Below, piece after piece: positions 34,687-48,857 of a stretch of DNA of 64,000 bases. The notes under the pieces were generated by a model. That model did no database searches and had not been told where the DNA came from. It saw only the letters and a program-made list of their open reading frames with translations. Within the stretch, counting starts at the first letter, position 1; each line of letters opens with the position of its first letter. Source of the DNA: the human T2T-CHM13v2.0 reference genome, Homo sapiens. The stretch lies in the NCBI RefSeq assembly GCF_009914755.1, contig NC_060935.1. One strand, written 5' to 3'. The position numbers were made by a program, and so were the translations under genes.

Positions 34687-36751
34687 CCAACAAAACAATA
34701 ACTCATTGCCAAGAAATAAAGCAATAAGTAGAATCATACTTAGAGACCCAGATGTTGAAACTATAACACAGGGACTTTTAACAAATGCTTTCATCAGAAT
34801 TCTGAGATGACCTCTAATGATGCAAGCCCTTCTTCTCTTCTTGAGTGTGAATGAGGTTTGTGAACATGAGAGCGTATCACACCTGTGATTATGATATGCT
34901 GTATGAGAAAAGATTTTTTTCAGATATTGAGGTCCTTAATCAGTTTAGTTTACCTAAAGGGAGATTATCCTAGGTGGGCCTGACCTAATAAGGTGAGTTT
35001 TTAAAAGGAATTCTAGAGGTTCGAAACAAGAAATCAGACAGATGTGCTGCTGTTAGTCTAAAAGAGTGGCATCTTATAACCTGCCATGTAATGAGGATCT
35101 GCGTGGGTCTAACACATATGTAAAAGTAAAATTGATAACAATTGCATAAAAAATGGGAAGAATTGAAATTACACTATTTTAAGATTCTTGCACTACATAA
35201 AATGACATAATATTATTTAAAGTAAATTTGATGAGTAGAAGTATATTATAAACCCTAGGGAAAACACAACAAAAAAATTCTATTATAAAAGGCATAACTT
35301 ATGAGTTATTACTGGAGATAAAATGGAATCATAAAGTAAAACTTGAAAGAAAGGATGAAAAGGAAAAAGGAGCAAAGAAACTGATGGACAAATAGAAAAT
35401 AACTAGCAAGATGATAGATTTAAATACAACTATATTAATAATTATATTCAATATAAATGGTCTAAACATTCCTATTAAAGACAGACACAGCAGTTAGAAG
35501 AAAAAGCAAGGCCCAGCTATATGTTCTCTATAGGAAATCCACTTAAAATGAAACCAAAGCCACAAATATAATTTTGTAAATGCTTGATTCAAATTACTGA
35601 ATGAACAAAATTTGTAAATGTCAGAAAAATATAACATGTGAGAAAAAAATTAAATGGTGAGAAGGTACAGAATCTGACCAAAGTTGTGGACGTGCATATA
35701 TCAACAAAATTTTACCTAAAATTTAAGATGACGCACAAGCATCCTCTTGAAATCTATGCATATATGCTTCTAGCTACATAAGGATTGCAATTTTATCAAT
35801 ATTTTCAAAGTCTAATTCTTTGTTTATTTAATTTGCAACTGAATTTTATGTTGCAACAAATGAGGTAAAGAACTGAGGCTCTAAACTTAGTCAAGAGTTT
35901 ACTGTGTGTAGTTATGCAATAACTCAAAAACACTAAACTTCTGTGGTTCTCTGCTATACAATAGACAGCGGAAAAAGTATTCAAGCCTGATATTTACATG
36001 ATTGTTATGTATATATTGAGGTGAGAATAGTTACAGTTAATTATTACCATTTAATTTAACTGTTAAATGTATGTGTTAATGTAAGTGTATGAAACAAATT
36101 GTTTCATAGTGTTTTAAAACATTCACTTATTCAAAATGCATTGGTAGTAGATAAGAACATTAAGAATGTGTTATTTATTTGAATAAACCTAATTCCTTTT
36201 CCAAGGCCAGGATTAAGATGAGGTAAATGTAGTATTTGCTTCAAGCATAAAATTTAAGGAGGAGCCAAAAGACTCAGTATGACAGAAATTTAAGCTTCTG
36301 AGTCTTTGTTTATGCAGTGTCTTCTAACTGAAATTTCCTCTCTGCTTTTGTGTCTTTGCTAACAAATTCCATCTAGGACTCCGTTCAGGAGTCACTCATT
36401 CTAAGACTTTCCTGAACTTTCCTGAACTTAGGAAAAACTGGCCCTTGTACATGCTTTTATGAGATCATTTATCATCTGTCTACTCTAAATGCATTCACTG
36501 TAAGCCAAATCAAAGGCAAAAACTGTTTCATACAATTTTGAAACTTCTATGCCAGAACGGGCAACCAGGAGCACTTTACAAACACTGAATGAAAGAAGGG
36601 AGGGAAAGAGAGAAAAAGGGGTAGAGAATGAGGGAGGGACGGGTAGAAAAAAATAAGGAGTCATCTAATGAGAAAGAAGGGAATGGATCATCATCTGATG
36701 AGAAAACACCTGGAGTAAATTTTGTTTAGGTTCTCTAGCTACATCAGTTAG

Positions 36752-37066
<315 letters not shown>

Positions 37067-37500
37067 AGACTATTTCAGTTTTAAGCAACAGAAACTCCAA
37101 CTCAACTAGCTTAAAGCAAAACCAATACAAAGAGAACAGACATATTCTAAAATTACACCCCAGATTTAATTTATGGAGTTATTACTAAGTGACAACATAG
37201 AAAGGCCAATATCACTGAAAAATGTGTATTACTTGCATTTCCTGGAAGAAGACGGCATGCCACAACACACCACGCCAGACTTAAGAGATGCATAGGGTTT
37301 TGGTCAGGAAGCAGAAGCAGTAATGAGGGTAAAGACCAGGCCACAGCCCTTACTGTCATTTTCATGGAAAAGGCAAAGCAGGATGGGATGAACAGTTTAG
37401 GATTAATCAGTTTGAAAAACTCAAGTGGGCTGTAGGCCCACCTAGGTGGACTGTGGTTATCTAGTATCTGGCTGTGAGTTGATTTAGGGCAGGGGAAATA

Positions 37501-38673
37501 CAGTCATGTGTCACTTAACAATTGGAATATGTTGTTCTGAGAAATCGGTCATTAGGCAATTATGTCATACGAACATCATAGAGTGCGCTTATACAAACCT
37601 AGATGGTACAGCCTGGTACACACCTAGGCAATAATGGTAGAGCCTATTGCTCCTAGGCTACAGACTTGTGCAGCATGTGACTGTGCTGAATGCTGTAAGC
37701 AATTGTAACCCAATGGCATTTGTGTATCTAAACATATCTAAACAGAGAAAAGGTACAGTAAGAATGTAGTATAAAAGATTTTAAATGGCACACCTGTATA
37801 GGGCACTTACCATGAATGGAGCTTGCAGAACTGGAAGTTGCTCTGGGTGTCAGTGAGTGAGTGGTGAGTCAATGTGAAGGCCTAGGACATTTGTGTATAC
37901 CACCACAGGCTTTATAAACACTGTATGCTTTGGCTACACTAAAGTTATAAAAAATATTTTTCTTTCTTCAACAACACATTAACCTTAGCTTACTGTAATG
38001 TTTTTACTTTATAAACTTTTTTCATTTCTCAAACTTTTTGATTCTTATAATAACAGTTTAAAACACAAACACATTTTACAGTTGTACAAAAATATTTTCT
38101 TTCTTTTTATTCTTATTCTATAAGCTTTTTCAATTTTTAAAATTTTTTTGTTAAGAACTAAGACACAAACACACACATTAGTCTAGGCCTACACAGACCA
38201 TCAATATCACTGTCTTCCACCCCCACATCTTGTCCCACTGGAAGGTCTTCAGGGGCAACAACAGGCATGGAGTCGTCATCTCCTAGGATAACAGTGCCTT
38301 CTTCTGGAATCCCTCCTGAAGGGCCTGCCTAAGGCTGTTTTACAGTTAACTTTTTTTTTATAAGTAGGAGTACATTCTAAAATAATGATAAAAAGTATAG
38401 TATAGTAAATGAACTAGTAACACAGCTGTTTATTATCAAGTATTATGTACTCTACAAAATTGTATTGCTAGACTTTCATACAACTGGCAGCGCAGTTATT
38501 TACAACAGCATCACAACACACATGTGAGTAATTTGTTGTGCTATGACATTAAAACTACCACGTCACTAGGGGATAGGAATGATCACTTTCATGGTAATCT
38601 TACAGTATCACCATGGTGTTTTTGCACGGTGTCGGAGACAGTCTAAAATGTCTCCTTATCCTGTGCATGACTG
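37501..38673 (+). mobile_element. Tigger3 (Golem) deletion derivative
   Basis: TA|CAGTCATG...CATGACTG|TA: terminal inverted repeats with TA duplication, ~1.17 kb. Confidence 0.85.
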
Positions 38674-38861
38674 TATTGGTTTGGTGTGTGAGACTTAGAT
38701 AAAGGAGGTGGTTGAGGCATATAGACATGGGATTGGTTTGCATATGAAAGACCTGCTTGGCTGAGTCCTTTGCTATTTCTAATAATTGGCTAGGCCTGGA
38801 AAAAGCAGTCTCTCTTCAGTCAGAAAGGCCAAAAATACCAGAGCATTAAGAAAACAGAAAA

Positions 38862-40417
38862 GAATTTGCAAATATTTTCTCCCATTCTATAGGTTGTCTG
38901 TTTACTCTGTTGATAGTTTCTTTTGCTGTGCAGAAGCTCTTTAGTTTCATTAGGTCCATTGTCAATTTTTGGTTTTGTTGCATTTGCCTGTAAGGTCTTA
39001 GTCATGAATTCTTTGTCTAGGACAATGACTAAGAGAGATTTTCTTAGGTTGTCTTACAGAATTTTTGGAATTTCAGGTCTTCCATTTTAGTCTTTAGCCC
39101 ATCTTGAGTTAAATTTTGTATATGGTGAGAGGTAGTGGTCCAGTTTCATTCTTCCGCATATGATTAGCCAGTTTTCCCAGGACCATTCATTGAATAAAAG
39201 GTATCCTCTCCTCATTGTTTATTTTTGTTGACTTCGTTGAAAGTCAGTTGATTGTAGGTGTGTGGCTTTACTACTTTGTTCATTATTCTGTTCTGTTGGT
39301 TTATATGTCTATTTTTGTACCAGTAGCATGCTGTTTTGGTTACTATAGCCTTATAGTATAACTTGAAGTCAGGTCATGTAATGCCTCCAGCTTTGTCCTT
39401 TTTGCTTAGGATTGCTTTGCCTATTCAGGCTCTTTTTTGGTTCCATATGAATTTTAGAATAGTTTTTTTCTAACTCTGTGAAAAATGACATTGGTAATTT
39501 GAAAGGAATTGCATTTGAACCTATAGATTGCTTTAGGCAGTATGGCCGTTCTAATGATATTGATTCCTCCCATCTGTAAGTTTTTCTATTTGTTGGTGTC
39601 ATTTATAATTTCTTTCATCTGTGTTTTGTGGTTATTTTTGTAAGAGAACTTTGACCTCCTTGGTTAAATGTATTCCCAGGCATTTTATTTTTGTGTGTGG
39701 CTCTTGTAAATGGGATTGGGTTCTTGATTTGGTTCTCAGCTTGGACGTTATTGGTGTATAGAAATGCTCCTGGTTTTTATATGTTGATTTAGTATCCTAA
39801 AACTTTACTGAAGTTGTTCATCAGGTCTAGGAGTCTTTTGAAGGAATCTTTAGGGTTTTCTAGGTGTAGGATCATGTTATTAATGAACAGAGATAATCTG
39901 ACTTCCTCTTCTCCTATTTGAATGCCTTTTATTTTTTCTCTTGCCTGATTGCTCTGGCTAAGACTTTCAGTGTATGTTGAATAGGAGTGTTAAGAGTGGA
40001 CATCTTTGTCTTGTTCTAGTTCTTAGGAGAAATGTTTCCAACTATTGCCCATTCAGTATGATGCTGGCTGTGGGTTTGTCATAGGTGGCTCTTATTATTT
40101 TGAGGTAATAAGGTTACCTCAAAGGCACTGAGGTTCCTTAAATGCCTGGATTGTTGAGGGTTTTCATCATGAAGAGATCTTGGGTTTCATCAAATGCTTT
40201 TTCTGCATTTACTGAGATAATCATAGGGTTTTTGTTTATAATCCTGTTTATGGGTGGGTCACATTTATTGATTTGTATATGTTGAGCCATCCTTGCATGC
40301 CAGAAATATGTTCATTATTTCGTTGATGGGTTCAATAGAAGCCCAAACCCCGGCATTACACAATATATCCATGTAATAACCCTGCACATGTACCTCCTGA
40401 AACTAGAATTTTTAAAA
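38862..40417. mobile_element. 5'-inverted L1 (L1PB/L1MA-like): antisense ORF2 segment plus short sense 3' end
   Basis: ~38865-40305 is antisense ORF2; ~40305-40417 is a sense 3'UTR end. TSD AAGAA(A/T)ACAGAAAA. Confidence 0.8.
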
Positions 40418-41243
40418 AAGAATACAGAAAATAAGAAAATATATAGTTAATATTATTGTTGTGTTGAATGGATCCCAAATACACAAATATTCAATCTAAG
40501 AAAACAGAACTTGGAGAACTTCATAAACTAAAAATTCAGAATTATTTGATAGTTCCAATATTGAGGTTGATCCAGCAGTTCAAATGATGTCATCAGGAAC
40601 CCACTTCTCTCCTCTCCTCTCTGCCTTCTCTGATAGGTTCTACATAGAGGCTTCCTGAATGTACCATTCAATGTAGCAAAATAGTTTAATATATGTCTTT
40701 GGATCTCTCATCTCCATGGGGAGCTAAGATGTTAAGGGGAAGAATTAAAGCTTCTCTTTCTCAGAACTTCCAGCAAATACCTTCCCATGCTTCATTGTCT
40801 CTGAATGAATTATGTGCATGTCTCTGAACCAACCAGTTGGAACCAACCAATTCCAAATAGAATATGTGAAAAAGCTTAAGCCCATCATACACTACCCCTA
40901 GAGCTCAGAGTCAAGTCAGCCCCACTTGGATTAAAAAGATGGGAAACACAGTCATTCCTAGAAGAAAATTAGTAAGCCGAGGAAGGAGACATGGATGCCA
41001 AGCATCCCACAAAATGCCTGGTAATTATAATTTTTCACATTGCTGGCACCAGTACTTCTATCACAATAGTAAAAGATTCCAGATGCCCCTTCCTTACAGG
41101 ACAGTCTAGCACAGCTTTACCCAAGTAGTAACTCCACTCGTATGGAGATGTTTAGAAAACAATATAAAATTTATTCATGCATATTTTACCAAGTAGAATG
41201 GACAAATATTACCAATATCATGTTGGTACTTTAGCTAAAGCAG

Positions 41244-41818
41244 TGTTGACAAAAAGAGTCAAATGCTGTAAAATATTTAAATAGATTTATTCTGAGCCAA
41301 ATGCCTGCGACACAACCTTCAGGAGGTCCTGAGAACATGTGCCCAAGGTGGCCAGGTGCAGCTTGGTTTTATACATTTTAGGGAGACATGAGACTTCAAT
41401 CAAATACACTCAAGAAATACATTGGTTTGGTCTAGAAGGGCAGGACAACTCGAAGCGAGGGTGCTTCCAGCTTATAGGTAGATTTAAAAATTTTCTGGGT
41501 GACAATTGGTTAAGTCTATCTAAAGACCTGGGATCAAAAGAAAGGAATGCCTGGGTTAAGAGGTTATGGAGAACAAAGTTCTTATTGCAGAGGAAGCCTT
41601 CAGGTAGTAGGCTTCAGAGAGAATAGGCTGTAAAATGTTTCTTATCAGACTTAAAATCTGTGTTGATGTTAATGATGAAGAGGTATAATGAGGCACATTC
41701 AACCCCCACTTCCTGTCATGGCCTGAACCAGTCTCTCAGGTTAAATTTTAAAAGTGCCCTGGCCAAGAAAGTCCATTTAGATGGTTGGGGGGCCTTAGAA
41801 TTTTAATCCTGGTTTGCA
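41244..41818 (-). mobile_element. MER4-family ERV1 solo LTR
   Basis: TG...CA termini, 4-bp TSD GCAG, MER4-like gagaacatgtgcccaaggtgg. Confidence 0.82.
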
Positions 41819-42673
41819 GCAGTCTTTCATATCAAAAGTGATAGTATTTTAGTAGCACACTTGAAGTAAACTGGAAAATATTTAGAGGCATCTATATAGG
41901 ACTTGGTGGAAATAGTTAACTCCATTTTCTCTATATTACATAATGGTAATAAGAAATAAAAATAAAAATTACTATTGAATAAATTTGTTCATAACTTCCA
42001 AATAAAATATTTTCCAAACAACTTTATTGAGAAACTTAAGCTTGTTTCTGTAGCCATAACTTTTTTGAAATCAGATTGTATACTTAAATGACTACCCACG
42101 ATTCAAGACAAAAAAGAGATAATCTCTTGAAATTCTTGATAGATGACATCAATCAGAAATACTATCTGCACAAGTAGGATATAAACATTTAAGTCATTTT
42201 TACAGCCATTTTAAATTATACAACAGCTGAAATTATATTTAAAGGATATAGTACAGCTTACTTTTTGTTGATGAATGTACTATTAAAAATCCTTGGCAAA
42301 ATGTGAATGGATTTGAATCCCATCAAATTTTTTCATACCAAGTATTTTAAAATAATGATACTCTATTTTGGAGAAGACACATGCTGCATTGGAGCAGTCA
42401 CTCTGAAGCTGGCATGAATGCCATTAAAAAGCACATGCACCACAAAGGTTCAGAGGACTGATACATGAGGACAGAGATTCTTTGCTGCTGCTGAGGTATG
42501 CTTTGTAGAGCTGCCCTCTCCCATTCCCATTTGCCACCCACATATACCATGGCAAGACCTTGGGCTGGGTGCAGTGATCCTTGGGCATCTCCTCCAGCAG
42601 CTTCTCAGGCTTCTTGTCCACAGTGGGCAGTGAGATTCTCTGCAGCTAGCTACTGAATAGATAATCAATGGGT

Positions 42674-42745
42674 GGCTGATTAGCTCAGTTGGTTACAGCA
42701 TGGTGCTAGTAACGCTGAGTAGATATTCAAACCTCCTTGGTCTCA
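42674..42745 (+). pseudogene. Degenerate tRNA-Ile(AAT)-derived pseudogene
   Basis: The first 42 nt match recalled human tRNA-Ile(AAT) at 37 positions. The anticodon now reads AGT; the T-arm and acceptor stem are decayed. Confidence 0.75.
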
Positions 42746-43441
42746 TTCCTACCACTTGGCAGAGCAGCAGGTGCCAGGTGAATCAGAAGAAACTATGGGA
42801 CTTACCTTTACGTCATGTCCCTGACAAGGCATCTTCTAGTTTGAAGACTTTCATTGCCATTTCTAGGGCTGAAGCACATTTGGAATCTATTCATAAACAC
42901 CTATTAGGAAGCACTGCCATGAAAGTGCAAATTGCAAAATTCCCACTTCCGGCCTATTGTTGGTAACAATGTGGTGAATATGTTGTATAGTCAGGCAACC
43001 CATCTGTACCTCTCTTAGCTTTCACTCCCGATTTCATGTTACTTTCTTCAGGCAGGAGGCTGCTGAGATCTGTGAGTGATTGGGTGTGGTAAGACTTCTG
43101 CCTCCATTGGGGTTCCTTTAGAAAAAACAGGGTGGTCCACTGGAGAACAGCTAGAATCCCAGGAGTGATTCCAGAAGGTAGGAAATCCCAAGAAGAGCTT
43201 GGACTTTGGGGTTCTGTGAACTGGAAGGAGAAATTTACCAGTAACCTTATGAATGTGTTAGATGGCAGTGACTCCAAAAGATAGAGTATAACCTGAACAG
43301 GTGGCCTGAGTCTTTCCAAACTTGAAGCCGGGAAAGTCCAGGGCAGCAGCATCTTCCAGGTGATTTGGGCAGGACTGACAGCCTATCCTTATCACACAGA
43401 ACCCCTTTTAAGTATTCCTGCATTAGGAATATATTAGCAGC

Positions 43442-43733
43442 AGACAGGTACAGCAGCTCAAACCTGTAATCCCAGCACTTTGGGAGGCTCAGAAGGGAAG
43501 ATCACTTGAGACAAGGAGATCAAGACCAGCCTAAGCAAGATAGCAAGACTTTGTCTCTATATAACAAAACTTTAAAAATTAGCCAGATGTAGTGATGCAT
43601 GCCTGTAGTCCCAGCTATTTTGAAGGCTGAAGAGGGAAGATTGTGCCCAGGAAGTCAAGGCTGCAGTGAGCGAAGATCACACCACTGCACTCCAGCCTGG
43701 ACAACAGAATGAGACCCTGTCCCTTTAAAAAAA
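43442..43733 (+). mobile_element. AluJ
   Basis: Diverged Alu with gtcaaggctgcagtgagc and gagaccctgt J-type diagnostics. Confidence 0.88.
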
Positions 43734-43934
43734 GGAGGAGCAGGAGAAGGAGAAGGAGGAGGAGGAGGAGAAGCAGAAGCAGAAGAAGAGGAGGAGGGGG
43801 AAGGGGAAGAGGAAAAGGAAGGGGAAGAGGAGGAGGAAGGTGAGGAGGAAGAAGGAGAAGAAGAAGACAACAAGAGGAAGAGGAAGAGGAAGGAGGAGGA
43901 GAAGAAGGAGGAGGAGGAGGAGAAGGAGAAGAAA
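43734..43934 (+). repeat. (GGA/GAA)n purine tract at the Alu tail
   Basis: About 200 nt almost entirely G/A. Confidence 0.92.
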
Positions 43935-44162
43935 TAAAACTAGAAACAAGGTCAGAGCGTCACTGAATCATCAGAGAAAAAAACAACTGCCTATCTGAGG
44001 AGTTCCAGAAGGCAGAGAATCAGATTGAACAATCATAACACGTCTTGTCAAATAGAACTACTGGAGGAGAAAAAGAAACACATGTATTTCTTAAAGTTTT
44101 TTTTTAAAAAAATGTTGAGATCCAAGTGAAATAAAATATTGTTAGATGGAAGCTACTTAACT

Positions 44163-44900
44163 CATTTATTCAATAAATGAGTTAATAATGTATGATGGGC
44201 CAGGCACTCTTTTCAGCGCTTGAGATAAAGCAATGAACAACATAATTAAAGATCCTTATTTTTGTGAAGCTTATAGTATAGCAAGAGAAGACAGACAATA
44301 CATGGTAATATAATACATAAGTAAATTACGTGACACATTAGAATTGACAATGTTCTGGAATAAAAAGAAGAGCAAGATAAAAGGGATTGGGACTGGTGGG
44401 GAGAGGGACAGTTTGAAATATTAAATAGAGTGGTCAAAATCAGCCTCATTGAGAGGGTGACATTTTAACAAAGACTTGAAAGAAGTGTAGAAGTAAATCA
44501 TACAGATACATGAGAGAAAGTGTCTTGCAGGCAGAGTGAATGGTTAGTGCCAACACCTAAGGACAGGGCATGTCCAACATGTCCAAGGAGTGAGAAAGAC
44601 ACCAGAGGGGCTGCCTTGTTGTGAGGGGAAAGAATAGTAAGATACGAAGTCAGAAACGAGGTGGGGGACCGGATCACACATGGCCTTCTAGGCCATTGTA
44701 AGGCTTCTGCCCTTGCTTGGTAAAATCCAAAGCCCTCACAGTGGCCTAGAAGGCCATGTGTGATTTCGGATGAAGATTAAGCATTCAATTTTGCACATAT
44801 TGGATTTGAGATGTCAACTAGATAGGCTAGTGAAGATGAATAGGCACTTAGATAATCTAGTCCAGAATTCAAGACATAAGTCTGGGCTAGAAATAAGAGA
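44163..44900 (-). mobile_element. L2
   Basis: cattttattcaataaat-like start followed by purine-rich antisense L2 motifs. Confidence 0.65.
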
Positions 44901-46214
44901 AAGATCATCTAAGAAAAACCCAAATCCAGAAAAATCACATGATTGCATACATTTTTAAACCATTTTTATGATGAAAATTTCCATAAAAAGTTATGAGAAA
45001 TGAGAGAAGTGAATATACATAGTATTTTGGAAACAGATAGTTAATATACCTAATATACTTTTCTAAATAATTAAAATTATAAATTGAAAGGAAAAATTAT
45101 AGTCAATTTATACATGCAAATATGCTCAGCATCACTAATTATCAAAGAAATGCAGTTGACACCAAAATGAGATACATATAAGATTTTCAGTACTAGCAAG
45201 GATGAAAATAAGTTTCTAACACTATTGTTGGGAGTTCCATATTTGCATGTAACTTGACGATATAAATTAAAAGTTAAAATACATATACTCTACGATCCAG
45301 AAATACCACTTCTAGAAATTTAACCAACTGTTCATATTTCCAAGGCTGTAGATATGTATATATATAATTTTATAAACATAGCTTTGCTATTTCAATGTTC
45401 ATTTTACACTAGCTCTACTGTAAAGTATCAATCCTCCTAATCATCATCATGTAAATGTCCAGCCATAGGAAAAGAGCTTAATTCTGTAATTAATATTCAT
45501 AAAATTGAATTGTACAGTCATTAAAAATAATGAGGTACATATCTACATGTACTGACCTGGAAAGATGTCCACAATATCCTTCTTTTACAGATGAGAAAAC
45601 TAAAGCTCAAAGAGGTTAAGTAACATACACAAGGCCACTCTAATAGAAAACAATGGCTCTGGGATCTAAGCTGAGTTCTTACTCCATGGTTTATACACTT
45701 GTCTCTAGTATGCACTGCCTTAAATTAAAAAATAAAAAGTCTTAGACGAGATCAAGCTCCTTTAATAAGTATAACATATTCATTACATAAATCATCTGTG
45801 CTAGGCACTGTGCTAAGTACTAGAAACAAAATTATGAGCAAGACAGAGGAGGCCTTTTCTCTTACGGTATAGAAATGCAACTAAATTATTTTTCTAAATA
45901 TGACAATATTGCTCTCAAAAATTTTTTGGAAACAAATTAGCATGTTTTTCCCCACTGTTCTATTATTTGGTTTTAATTATGTGGAATTTTTGTGTAACTA
46001 TTAGTTCAAGAAGCAGAGTATGATATATTCAATTACAATGCCGGAAGCTAAGAGCAAGCCACATTACATCCTCCTAAATCCTGCCAACAAATAAAATAGA
46101 AAATAACAATAAGAGAGATGGTACTTGTGACAGAGACTGCTATTGTCCCACAAAATCTATTTTCTCCTTTCAGAATAACCAAACCCTTGTTATCTGGGCA
46201 CATATCCTGGATTA

Positions 46215-46523
46215 ACCAATAAGTGGTGTCTTCATAAGGAGAGGGAAATTTGGAGACAAGGATACACACAGAGAAGAAAGACATGTGAAGACAGCGGCAG
46301 AGATTGAAATGATACAGCTGCAAGCCAAAGAACACTCTTGCCAGTAACCATCAGAAGCTAGGAGAGAGGCATGGAACAGATTCTCTTTCAGCCCCCAAAA
46401 GAACTAACCCTGCTGTCACCTTGATGTCAGACTTCTGCCCTCCTGAAATGTAAGAATAAATTTCTTGTTTTAAGCCGTTCTGTCTGTGGTAGTTTGTTAT
46501 GGCCACCCTAGAAAAGGAACGCA
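46215..46523 (+). mobile_element. MLT1 (MLT1B/C-like) MaLR LTR part
   Basis: agaagctaggagagaggcatggaacagattct...aataaatttcttgttttaagcc. Confidence 0.75.
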
Positions 46524-46861
46524 TGTGATATCGAAGTCTTTCCACTGGACAGTTCCAACCTCCCTTTGGCCCTCCATTCATGCTCAGTCGATAACCTTGC
46601 TTTTGAGGAAGTAGAAGCCATCAGACGGTAACTTCCTCAACTTCTGGACACCAAACTTAAAACCTATACTCATCCTCTCTTATCCCTCCTCGAACAAGGA
46701 CAGCATGGTAGCAAAAATAGTAGTGATTAAGGGTGCAGGTTCTGTAGTCAAAACGTTTTGTTTTAAATCTGAACTCATCAATTGCCAACTGTGTAATTTT
46801 GGGTAAAATATCTAATTTCTCAGTGACCCATAGTCCTCTTCACACCCCACCTCAGATCTGA

Positions 46862-46899
46862 TGTATTTATCACAGTTCTCCAGAGAAACAGAATGGACA

Positions 46900-46953
<54 letters not shown>

Positions 46954-47125
46954 GTGTGTGTATGTATATGTATATATGTGTATATGTGTGTGTGTATGTA
47001 TATATGTGTATATATAATACCATATATATATATATGGGCTCATGCAATTGTGGAAGTTTGCAAATCTGAAATCTGTAGGGCAAGGGCAGACTGGAAACTT
47101 AGGCAACAGTTGATGCTGCAGCCTT
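46862..47125 (-). mobile_element. MLT2 LTR fragment containing a (TA)n/(TG)n microsatellite (46901-47035)
   Basis: gttctccagagaaacagaa followed by the TA run, then ggctcatgcaattgtgga. Confidence 0.7.
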
Positions 47126-48690
47126 AAGGGATGTTGTGAGAATTAAATATGATAGCTAAAGGAATTTATTGAGTATATAGTGCTAAATAAAGGCCAGTTA
47201 GTATATTTTGTTATTAGTTGAGCCTATAGAATTTGTAAGTAAGCAAAAGTAAAAAAAATGCTTAAACATTGGCAATCATATGTTCAGTGTATTATTACAA
47301 TGAATGTAGTCCTAGGGTAGTTCTTACTCTTATTAAAAGAGAATCTGTTCAGGTATTGTCTTGATCTCATCCTCTTCCACCTTTTCAGTCTCACATGACC
47401 AATTATCTCCTTTCTTGAGTCTTCGACTTCAGCCCATGTATCTGATTCTTTGCATCATTGCATAAATGTGCTCTTATCTTGATTATATTTGCAAACACTC
47501 TATTTCCAAATAAACCCACATTCACAAGTACCTGGTGTTTACGGCCTTAAGATATCTTTATGGGGACACAGTCCAACCACAATACCATGGTTTCAGAGAG
47601 ATGGAGCTGTGAATTTAGAGTAGCACCAATCTGCCTGGGTATGAATGAAATTGCAGTCATCTAATCTGAGCTGAGAAAGGATAGTTGTGGTAGGAGAACT
47701 TGGAGGGGTCACTGAACTTTAAGCCCTGAGGATGAAAAACATGTGCAGCAAACTAGGAGGATCATAGATTTTAGTCACTGAGCTGGTGTTCGAGTTCATG
47801 GTCATGGAGGAGCAGTAGTAACTGGGCCCAGAATAATACTGTAGGACAAGGACAGGTGAAGTGGAAGAGATGGAACTGATGACAAAGATGCAGAACTAAG
47901 TAGCCAAAGCTCTCAGATTCTACGCTGGGACACTAGTTTCCTGGGAAATTCCTAGGATGACCAGCGTGAAGAGGAAGATGAGGCAGTTGTTAACAAACAA
48001 GATGTGAGCAAAAAGAGTAATGAAAAAAGGAAGATGGCTTTAGCCAGTCAGCAGGTATCAGTTTCAAAGGTAGTTTTTAAAAAATAACAGAGAAACAGTA
48101 ATCTGGAAATACCATGGGGAGCCAAGAGGACTCAAAACCAACAACTGACCCAAGTCTCATAGGGTGGCACCACAGAGTATATACTAGGCAGGTAAGAATT
48201 GAAGTCTTTGCCATCCTACTCATTTGCAAAATCATCAAAAACAACATTGTATCTAGATCAGGACACAGATAATCTTTAATGGGAAAGAGAATCCTCTGCA
48301 CAGTACAGTCTTCTCAGGGAATGCAAAGCCAAGCTATGACCATGCCTGGTCCAAGTATGTACAGTACAGCCAAAGAGCAGTCACAGAACACACATGACTG
48401 CCAGGGCCCACTGCTATGGTTTAGGAGCAGTTCTCAGGCAAGAGGGGAACGAGTCATAAGCTGGACAGACCGGTGTTGACTTTAACACTTGTATTCAAAA
48501 AATTCCCAAGGAGACTTTGAAAGACATGATACCAAGTTTATATGATAAAATATTCTAATTTTGTTCAGTGAAATTCATTTTGATACTTTTAAATTCTGGT
48601 AAACAATAATAGAAATGATAAAGCCCTTCCATCTTGCTGACGTTTTATGCCACTAAATGTCACTTTAGAATAGAAAATGAGAAGGTGAAA

Positions 48691-48857
48691 TGGGCCGGTG
48701 GCTCACACCTGCAATCCCAGCACTTTGGGAGGCAGGAGAATTGCTTGAGCCCGAGTTCAAGGCTGCAGTGAACTATGATTGCACCACTGCACTCCAGCCT
48801 GGATGACAGAGCAAGACCATGTCTCTAAAACTAAAATTAAAAAAAAAAAAAGAAAAA
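48691..48857 (+). mobile_element. Alu monomer (FLAM-like)
   Basis: Single-arm Alu with A tail and imperfect flanking repeat agaaaatg..aaggt. Confidence 0.75.

Noticed and set aside
43655-47127. Low-complexity ORFs (poly-S/L, YIYI)
   Set aside because: Translations of microsatellites.
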